Positions 39,881-46,534 of a stretch of DNA of 64,000 nucleotides are shown here, in pieces. The notes beneath the pieces were generated by a model that saw nothing but the letters and a program-made list of their open reading frames with translations, searched no databases and had not been told where the DNA came from. The stretch is from an uncultured Candidatus Peribacteria bacterium (GTDB lineage Bacteria; Patescibacteriota; Gracilibacteria; RBG-16-42-10), in assembly GCA_964514565.1 (NCBI GenBank), contig CAZERA010000001.1:434001-498000 (forward strand), read 5' to 3'. A program made the position numbers and the translations under genes. Position 1 is the first letter of the stretch, and each line of letters begins with the position of its first letter.

Positions 39881-41626
39881 TTAAGTATGTAGCTGTAGTA
39901 TACGAGCGGTGGCAGCTAAAATTTGTTGTTCTTCTAGTTTGTTTCCTTCGACTCTGGCTTTTTTCAATGCTCCTTGCAAGTTACGAATAGCTTCTTGTTT
40001 AAGATGGTCTTTGAGACGCTGGAAAAGCTTGGTTTTCTCAGCTAGTAGACGTTCTTGATCGTAGTCTTGACACTGTTCTTCGGTGCGAAGTAGTTGGAGA
40101 GAAAATTGATCTGAAGAGATCTGAGGTGGGAATTGACTAGTAAGTAAGCTGATATCGCTTGATACTCGTGGGGCACTATAGTACTCATATCCGTTTCTGT
40201 AAATGTCTCGAAAATCGGCAGGAAGAAGTTCTATGAGCCCTGGATCCTGGAGTGCGTCGATGAATTGGGGATAGAGTACACAGAAAGCCAGACTGACTAG
40301 CAATAAATCAGTTTGGGCTGAGCTCGGAATGGTCGGTAGGGTACGTTCGACATGGTGGGACTGGAGGGTCTTATAAATCAGCGTTTCACTCTTGTGTAGA
40401 ATATCTGCTAGTTTTTTGACATAAATATCTTGATCTAGCGGGTGAGCTAGGCGTTTGACCAGTGGAATAGTCACTTTCAAAACATCCTTTTGATCTTCGA
40501 TAAAGTTGAGATCTTTATCAGCAAAAAATGCCAACATAATATAATCAAACCAATCCAAGTGTTTTTCAATCTGCTGCATATAGAGAGCAGGATCTTGTTT
40601 GATCACAGAATCGGGATCTTGGCCTTCTCCCAAAAGGACAAAACGGGCTTGCGTTTCAGGTAAAGCGACCAGATCAGGCATAATACGTAGCGCTGCATTC
40701 TTGCCGGCTTGATCACCGTCAAAAATAAAGATAAGTGTATCTGCTTGGCGACGTAATATTTCTAAATGGCGAGGTGTAAAAGCAGTACCAGAGACTGCTA
40801 CTGTATTTAGTATGCCGGCTTGCACACTAGTAAGACAATCAACCTGGCCTTCAACAATATGTACTCGTCTAGCGGCTTTGATGCTGGACTTGGCTTGGTA
40901 TAAACCGTAAATGAACGAGCTTTTGTGAAACAAGACTGTCTCAGGAGAGTTGAGATACTTTGGTTGATTTTCATTGGTGAGGGCTCGCCCAGTGAAACCA
41001 ATCACATCGCCTCGATCACCATAAAAAGGGAAAATAATGCGGTCACGAAATTTGTCATGGCCACTTGCTTCTTTGTCACCTTGAATACTGACACCGGCCG
41101 CTAATTGCTCAGCCAGTGAGAAGCCGGATTTGAGGAGATGATCATGCAATAACTGCCAGCTATCAGGTGCATAACCTAAGCCGAACTGAGCGATGATACT
41201 CGCGCTAATGTTTCTTTGGTTGAGATAAGCTTGTGCTGTAGTAGCTGTAGCTGTTTGTTTCTGAAAAAAGCTTTGAGCTTCTCTGAGCAGTGCCCGCAGT
41301 TTTTCTTTTTCATCTTTCTGGGCTGAACTGTAAGCAGCTGATTTTTGATCAATGCTTAGTCCCACCCGGTCCGCCAAATCATGAATAGCTTCCCCAAAGT
41401 CTACCTTCTCAACTGTCATGTAGAACTTAAAAATGTCCCCCCCTTGATGGCAGCCAAAACAATAAGCAATGCCCTTGTCTGGACTAACCATGAAGGATGG
41501 TGTCTTTTCTTGATGAAATGGGCAAAGACCTTTGTAATTGCGACCAGAACGTTTGAGCGTCACATAGTCTTTGACCAAATCTTCAATACTGAGCCGGGAT
41601 TTTATTTCTACGACGGGGTCTAGCAT
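39881..41626 (-). CDS. dnaG: DNA primase
   Basis: [11 protein letters not shown]...CFGC zinc finger, [31 protein letters not shown]. Confidence 0.97.
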   Translation of the reverse strand: MLDPVVEIKSRLSIEDLVKDYVTLKRSGRNYKGLCPFHQEKTPSFMVSPDKGIAYCFGCHQGGDIFKFYMTVEKVDFGEAIHDLADRVGLSIDQKSAAYSSAQKDEKEKLRALLREAQSFFQKQTATATTAQAYLNQRNISASIIAQFGLGYAPDSWQLLHDHLLKSGFSLAEQLAAGVSIQGDKEASGHDKFRDRIIFPFYGDRGDVIGFTGRALTNENQPKYLNSPETVLFHKSSFIYGLYQAKSSIKAARRVHIVEGQVDCLTSVQAGILNTVAVSGTAFTPRHLEILRRQADTLIFIFDGDQAGKNAALRIMPDLVALPETQARFVLLGEGQDPDSVIKQDPALYMQQIEKHLDWFDYIMLAFFADKDLNFIEDQKDVLKVTIPLVKRLAHPLDQDIYVKKLADILHKSETLIYKTLQSHHVERTLPTIPSSAQTDLLLVSLAFCVLYPQFIDALQDPGLIELLPADFRDIYRNGYEYYSAPRVSSDISLLTSQFPPQISSDQFSLQLLRTEEQCQDYDQERLLAEKTKLFQRLKDHLKQEAIRNLQGALKKARVEGNKLEEQQILAATARILQLHT

Positions 41627-41660
41627 TTAATTAACAAGTGACAATTTACAATTAACAGTT
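41627..41660 (-). repeat. 34-bp AT-rich element directly abutting the dnaG start codon
   Basis: Plus strand TTAATTAACAAGTGACAATTTACAATTAACAGTT; inverted copy at 25914-25947. Confidence 0.85.
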
Positions 41661-41682
41661 TTTTGGGGGGAGAAAAGGGGGC

Positions 41683-42315
41683 TTACTTTCGGATAATTAT
41701 GTCGCTTGCAGGGAAGCGGACTTTTGCTAGTTTGCTAGTTGCGTCACTGTCTTTACGGAAACCAACTGGACAGATTACTGTTGATTCGATGTTGTATTCA
41801 CTGAGACCCAGTATTTCGTCAAAGCCGGCATTGTTGAAACCTTCCATTGGACAAGCATCGATTTTTTCTAATGCACAAGTAGTCAGGAGTACGCCCAAAG
41901 CGATGTAAACTTGTTTCTTTGACCATGTCCTTACTGCTTCTGCATCTTTGCCATTGATTACACTCATCATCATTTGATGGAAACCATCGAGCTTCTCACG
42001 AGGAATATTGCGTTCTTTTGCGGTGAGCTCTACGTATTTATCTACATAAGTTTGGTCGAGATTCTTGAGTGAACAAAGTACAACCAAGTGTGATGAACTA
42101 ATGATTTGTGGTTGTCCCCATGCTTGTTCACTAAGCTTAGCTTTGATAGCTGGATCAGTAACGATCACGAACTTCCAAGGTTGGAGACCAAAAGAAGAAG
42201 GAGCTAAACGGAGAGCTTCGGTGATAGTGTGTTCTTGTTCAGCGCTTAGTTTTTTGTCCGCATCGAATTCTTTTGTTGCATAACGCCATTGTAATTGTGA
42301 AAGTATGTCAGACAT
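41683..42315 (-). CDS. NAD(P)H-dependent nitroreductase (NfsB-like)
   Basis: WRYATKEFD, APSSFGLQPW, DACPMEGF, KVR. Confidence 0.92.
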   Translation of the reverse strand: MSDILSQLQWRYATKEFDADKKLSAEQEHTITEALRLAPSSFGLQPWKFVIVTDPAIKAKLSEQAWGQPQIISSSHLVVLCSLKNLDQTYVDKYVELTAKERNIPREKLDGFHQMMMSVINGKDAEAVRTWSKKQVYIALGVLLTTCALEKIDACPMEGFNNAGFDEILGLSEYNIESTVICPVGFRKDSDATSKLAKVRFPASDIIIRK

Positions 42316-42394
42316 GAAAATTTATTATTGTCTGGGGGAGTATAACAGATGAGTCAAGGGTAGGTCAGAGGGCAGAGGTGCGAGGGCAGAGGTT

Positions 42395-42865
42395 TTATTT
42401 GGAGGTTTTTTCGTGGTTGAGGAGCCATTCTTTGCGCCAGAGTTCGCCGGCGTATCCGGTTAGTTTTCCGTTTTTACCTACTACTCGGTGGCAGGGGACT
42501 ATGATAGCGATGGGGTTTTTGCTGTTGGCATGACCGATGGCTCTTACTGCCTTGATGTTACCGATTTTTGCAGCTTGTTCTCCATATGAAATTGTTTGGC
42601 CATGAGGAATTTTTTGTAGAGCTATCCAAGCTTGTTTTTGGAAGTCTGTGCCTTTGGGTTGTAAGGGGAGATCAAAAGATTTTCTTTTGCCGGCAAAATA
42701 TTGGTTGAGTTGGTCGATGCAAGTTTGAGCAAGCTTGGATATTTTATTATCTACAGCAATCTTTGTTTCCGGCTTACAAAAATCTAGGCCAACAATGTAC
42801 TCTGCATCGGTAATGATCTTGAGTACTCCTACCGGAGAATCAATATAAGTAGTCTCAGTAGACAT
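42395..42865 (-). CDS. ogt: Methylated-DNA--protein-cysteine methyltransferase
   Basis: GTDFQ, RAIG, NPIAIIVPCHRV, LTGYAG. Confidence 0.95.
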   Translation of the reverse strand: MSTETTYIDSPVGVLKIITDAEYIVGLDFCKPETKIAVDNKISKLAQTCIDQLNQYFAGKRKSFDLPLQPKGTDFQKQAWIALQKIPHGQTISYGEQAAKIGNIKAVRAIGHANSKNPIAIIVPCHRVVGKNGKLTGYAGELWRKEWLLNHEKTSK

Positions 42866-42874
42866 AAGGAATAA

Positions 42875-43270
42875 TTAAGCTGCTTTTTTGTCTTCAGTAG
42901 CGGGCACAAAGTCTAACGCTAGTGAATTGATACAGTATCTTTGGCCACTTGGTTTTGGGCCATCATTGAAGACGTGACCTAAGTGAGCGTCGCAGGTGGC
43001 ACACTGGACTTCGGTCCTACTCATCCCATGAGTCTCGTCTACCGTTTGTTTGATATTAGCTTGGTACATTGGGTCCCAGAAGCTAGGCCAACCGGTGCCG
43101 GAGTCAAATTTGGTATCGGAAGAAAAGAGGGGAGTTTTGCAGGCTACACAGATATAAGTACCAGCTGCTTTGTTTTTGTAATATTTGCCACTAAAAGGAG
43201 GCTCGGTGCCTTTGAGAAAGCAGACATTGTATTGTTCTGGTGATAGTTTCTGAGAAAAATCTTCTTTCAT
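42875..43270 (-). CDS. msrB: Peptide-methionine (R)-S-oxide reductase
   Basis: [33 protein letters not shown]. Confidence 0.97.
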   Translation of the reverse strand: MKEDFSQKLSPEQYNVCFLKGTEPPFSGKYYKNKAAGTYICVACKTPLFSSDTKFDSGTGWPSFWDPMYQANIKQTVDETHGMSRTEVQCATCDAHLGHVFNDGPKPSGQRYCINSLALDFVPATEDKKAA

Positions 43271-43331
43271 AGTCAGGCAATTAGTAGGTCAATTATCTAG
43301 CAAGTGAGAATAGGTGGCAAGGTGAGTGGAG

Positions 43332-44459
43332 TTATAAAACTATTGGCATTGCTTCACGTTTTGGTTCGAATCGGACAGTAGGGAATTCAGTGGCTAAAAG
43401 AATCGCTTCTCTAGTGAGTTTATGTATGTCTCGGAGTGCACGTTTAGCATCAGCATTGAAGCTCTGAGGAAACGTTGGTTCTTTGGTGGGATTGGCTGGA
43501 ATCACGTGAATTCTTTTTTTGATACCACTAACCATGCGGTCAGCACTCATTCGGCTAACCTCAATTCCATAATCCAATTGCCATATAGGCGTAGATTTGT
43601 CTCTCCAAACTAGCTTGCGACTAGATGCTCTCATGCGTAATGCCTTTGCTTGTTTGCGATCTTCTCCTAGATATTCATGGACAATAGAGCCAATTACTTC
43701 ATCAAGGTGCAGATGCTCTTCGCGTAGATAGTTCTTGGGCATACCCCCTTTGCGTTCTTCCATAGGAACGAGTACTCGTTCGCCTTCATAGTCAAAGAAG
43801 GTTGGGCGTATGTAGACAGGTTGTTTGAGTGTACTGAGAAGAGTGCCAGTTCGTTTGAATTCTGCAAATAAACGGTGGAGAAAGTCTCTTACTCCAGGTA
43901 CGTAATCTAAAGTGTCAAAATTATTAGAATCTATCCAGGTAAACTTAGGATGTTCTAGGGCTTCTTCGGGAGAAATAGAAAACTTTTTAGCATTTGGTAA
44001 TGGAGCAGCATATCTATTAACAAGTAACCCTGCTCGGTTGTCTCTTACAACGCCGAAGCTTTCAATATGTATTGGAGTTGCTGCAATTGTTGCATTGATT
44101 TCTTGTCTTAACTCAAGGACCAATCGTTCTTCAATGCTGTCGTCACCAGTTTCAACCTTTCCGCCCACTAATTCATGCTTTCCTGGATGTGCTTTTGCAT
44201 TAGCTGAACGTTCCAGACTCACTATTCTATCTAATAAAGGGTCAAAGGCAGCTACTGTTACTACTGGCTGAATTTGGTGCTCGAGGTCCATAAGTAAATT
44301 ACTTAAGTGAGGGTTAATCTTTACACCTAGCGGTTGTATACTGTCAAAATAAACTGGTTCATATGTTTGGGGAAGCTGCTGATGTTCATTGGGTACATTG
44401 TTGACTGAGATATCTCCGCTGCTGCTGCAGCGTTCGATATGACGGAGGGAGCGGCTCAT
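43332..44459 (-). CDS. Protein with a degenerate Nudix domain; start uncertain
   Basis: HPGKHELVGGKVETGDDSIEERLVLELRQEI resembles a Nudix box; called ATG lies inside the heptamer repeat. Confidence 0.6.
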   Translation of the reverse strand: MSRSLRHIERCSSSGDISVNNVPNEHQQLPQTYEPVYFDSIQPLGVKINPHLSNLLMDLEHQIQPVVTVAAFDPLLDRIVSLERSANAKAHPGKHELVGGKVETGDDSIEERLVLELRQEINATIAATPIHIESFGVVRDNRAGLLVNRYAAPLPNAKKFSISPEEALEHPKFTWIDSNNFDTLDYVPGVRDFLHRLFAEFKRTGTLLSTLKQPVYIRPTFFDYEGERVLVPMEERKGGMPKNYLREEHLHLDEVIGSIVHEYLGEDRKQAKALRMRASSRKLVWRDKSTPIWQLDYGIEVSRMSADRMVSGIKKRIHVIPANPTKEPTFPQSFNADAKRALRDIHKLTREAILLATEFPTVRFEPKREAMPIVL

Positions 44460-44687
44460 GGCTCATGGCCCATGGCTCATGGCTCATGGCTCATGGCTCA
44501 TGGCTCATGGCTCATGGCTCATGGCTCATGGCNNNNNNNNNNNNNNNNNNNNNNNNNNNNNNNNNNNNNNNNNNNNNNNNNNNNNNNNNNNNNNNNNNNN
44601 NNNNNNNNNNNNNNNNNNNNNNNNNNNNNNNNATGGCTCATGGCTCATGGCTCATGGCTCATGGCTCATGGCTCATGGCTCATGGCT
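44453..44687. repeat. Heptamer tandem repeat (ATGGCTC)n interrupted by an assembly gap
   Basis: Near-perfect GGCTCAT units on both sides of the N run; one GGCCCAT variant. Confidence 0.97.
44533..44632. other. Assembly gap of 100 N; true length unknown
   Basis: Run of N. Confidence 1.
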
Positions 44688-44809
44688 GACAACCATATAG
44701 ACGACTACTTTTTTCTCCTCAAATCTGTCCCTGCCCCATTTCTTACCTCTTCCTTCTTACCTTTTACCTCGTTTGCCCAACAAGCATTTGTAGTCCTAAA
44801 AAAACACGG

Positions 44810-44838
44810 TTGACGGATCCATAATATCTTTATAGAGT
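44810..44838 (+). promoter_or_regulatory. Putative sigma70 promoter of tRNA-Tyr
   Basis: TTGACG-17 nt-TAGAGT, with an A-tract upstream, ending 17 nt before the tRNA. Confidence 0.6.
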
Positions 44839-44855
44839 GGTGGCGCTCGATAATT

Positions 44856-44941
44856 GGGTCGGTACCGAAGTGGACAAACGGGGCAGACTGTAAATCTGCT
44901 GGCTTACGCCTTCGACGGTTCGAATCTGTCCCGACCCACCA
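44856..44941 (+). tRNA. tRNA-Tyr (GTA)
   Basis: Acceptor stem GGGTCGG/CCGACCC, anticodon arm GCAGA-CTGTAAA-TCTGC, long variable arm, TTCGAAT T-loop, encoded CCA. Confidence 0.97.
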
Positions 44942-45107
44942 CCCGAGCACCTCGTATGCGGAGCGGAGGGCTTATTTTTATCCTCATCCTCACTTAGCCT
45001 ATTAGGCTTATTTTTGGTGCTCGAAGGATTAAGATAAGGATCAGAACGTGATAGGCTAATACAGATTTCATTTTTAAAGTCGTAATGTATTAGAAATAAA
45101 CACCTGC

Positions 45108-45371
45108 ATGTTTTTTCTCTATATTATTCAAAGTGGTCGGACCAAACGATTTTATATCGGAGTCACTACGAATCTTGCAAATCGTATCAAACAACATAAT
45201 AATGGCCACACAAAATCTACTAGAGCCTATCGGCCATGGATTTTGATTTATACTGAAACCTTTCTAGATAAAGGCTCAGCATACAAAAGAGAATATTACC
45301 TCAAGCATCCTAAGGGGTATCTAGAAAAGAAAGATATTGTACAAAAATATCAGCATGGAGGGATCGCATAG
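45108..45371 (+). CDS. Small GIY-YIG nuclease
   Basis: FLYII...FYIGVT.NL.NRI.QHN.G..KST..YRPW.LIY.E...AYKRE..LK; last 15 nt overlap the tRNA-Ser 5' end. Confidence 0.92.
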   Translation: MFFLYIIQSGRTKRFYIGVTTNLANRIKQHNNGHTKSTRAYRPWILIYTETFLDKGSAYKREYYLKHPKGYLEKKDIVQKYQHGGIA

Positions 45372-45446
45372 TGGTCTAGTGCACACGCTTGGAAAGCGTG
45401 CAGCCTCGCAAGGGGCTCGAGAGTTCAAATCTCTCTCCCTCCGCCA
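45357..45446 (+). tRNA. tRNA-Ser (GGA)
   Basis: Acceptor stem GGAGGGA/TCCCTCC, anticodon arm CACGC-TTGGAAA-GCGTG, long variable arm, G discriminator, CCA. Confidence 0.97.
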
Positions 45447-45563
45447 CCTATTCACTTTGCTCAGGGTAGGTCCAATAGAGTAGCTAAAAAAACAATAGTT
45501 TCGTATTACCCATGAGAAAACCAATAGTAATTTTCAAGGTTCATTGTTGACGAACAAAGTAAA

Positions 45564-45659
45564 GGTCTAGCCCCGAAGGGTCCCCTTCGGGTTGCACACG
45601 CTTGGAAAGCGTGCAGTCTCGCAAGGGACTCGAGAGTTCAAATCTCTCTCCCTCCGCCA
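45564..45659 (+). pseudogene. 5'-truncated tRNA-Ser copy with a 22-nt hairpin inserted in the D arm
   Basis: GGTCTAG-[CCCCGAAGGGTCCCCTTCGGGT]-TGCACACG...CCGCCA; no 5' acceptor strand. Confidence 0.85.
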
Positions 45660-45774
45660 CCCATTCGCTTCGTTCAGGGTAGATTCAATAGAGTAACTAA
45701 AGGACAATAGTTTCGTACTACCTACGCGAAAACCAACAGTAATTTTCAAGGTTCATTGTTAAGAACAAAGTAAA

Positions 45775-45870
45775 GGTCTAGCCCCGAAGGGGACCCTTCG
45801 GGTTGCACACGCTTGGAAAGCGTGCAGCCTCGCAAGGGGCTCGAGAGTTCAAATCTCTCTCCCTCCGCCA
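45775..45870 (+). pseudogene. Second 5'-truncated tRNA-Ser copy with hairpin insertion
   Basis: GGTCTAG-[CCCCGAAGGGGACCCTTCGGGT]-TGCACACG...CCGCCA. Confidence 0.85.
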
Positions 45871-45952
45871 CCCATTCGCTTCGCTCAGTGAAGGTCCAAT
45901 AGAGTAACTAACGGACAATATTTTCGTATAGTTCAATAGCTAATTACATTTC

Positions 45953-46417
45953 ATGAAACCTTCTAGGAAACCGCTTGACCGTGAAGAAAAAATCAAGGTA
46001 AAGACGCTTTGTATATTTCATCACGAGGGCAGGATCCTGGCATCGAGAGAAATTAACAAAGTGACCAGCAAAGTATTCTATCGATTGCTTGGTGGTGGTT
46101 TAGACTTCTTTGAAAAAGGTGAAGTTGGTATTCGACGTGAGATTGAGGAAGAGCTGCATAGTGAAATTGAGAATCTGCAGTTTATTGAGGTGATAGAAAA
46201 CATTTTTAGTCATGAAGATTGGCGTGGACATGAGATTATCTTCCTTTATTCAGGTGACCTTGTACGCAAAGAATTGTATGAACAACAAATTATTACAATC
46301 GAAGAAGAGACATATCAGTTTGAAGCTGAGTGGATTGCTGTCTCTGATGTACTCAATAAAAAAAAGATTTTATTTCCAGCGTTAGAATGGGATAAGCTGC
46401 TGCTAAATATGATGTAG
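45953..46417 (+). CDS. Nudix hydrolase
   Basis: YRLLGGGLDFFEKGEVGIRREIEEEL Nudix box; ENIF...HEIIFLY. Confidence 0.9.
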   Translation: MKPSRKPLDREEKIKVKTLCIFHHEGRILASREINKVTSKVFYRLLGGGLDFFEKGEVGIRREIEEELHSEIENLQFIEVIENIFSHEDWRGHEIIFLYSGDLVRKELYEQQIITIEEETYQFEAEWIAVSDVLNKKKILFPALEWDKLLLNMM

Positions 46418-46502
46418 TATATTGGACTCCTGGATTGGGTTTTCAAGAAATACCAAGGGATTATTGGTGTTGATTTTAGCTGATGCTAATTTGGCAAGAT
46501 TA

Positions 46503-46511
46503 TGTTATAAT
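46503..46511 (+). promoter_or_regulatory. Putative extended -10 promoter of the helicase gene
   Basis: TGTTATAAT (TGn-TATAAT) ending 23 nt before the ATG at 46535. Confidence 0.45.
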
Positions 46512-46534
46512 AATAGTCTTGTGGTTAATAAATT

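Larger units (their letters stand above)
45373..45930 (+). repeat. Tandem ~212-bp repeat: tRNA-Ser 3' portion plus downstream spacer, two full units and a partial third
   Basis: CCA ends at 45446, 45659 and 45870 (periods 213 and 211); spacers are similar but diverged. Confidence 0.95.

Noticed and set aside
44439..44813. ORFs reading MAHGSWL repeats (44439-44813, 44458-44700, 44465-44689)
   Set aside because: Translations of the heptamer microsatellite across an N gap; open in all three plus frames only because the unit has no stop on that strand
44705..45749. Minus-strand ORFs 44705-44950, 45321-45524 and 45567-45749
   Set aside because: Antisense translations of tRNA sequence (WRRERDLNSR, WVGTDSNRR are typical tRNA shadows)
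45373..45930. Possible CRISPR array
   Set aside because: Repeats are tRNA-derived and too long, the spacers are homologous to one another, and no cas genes are in the window
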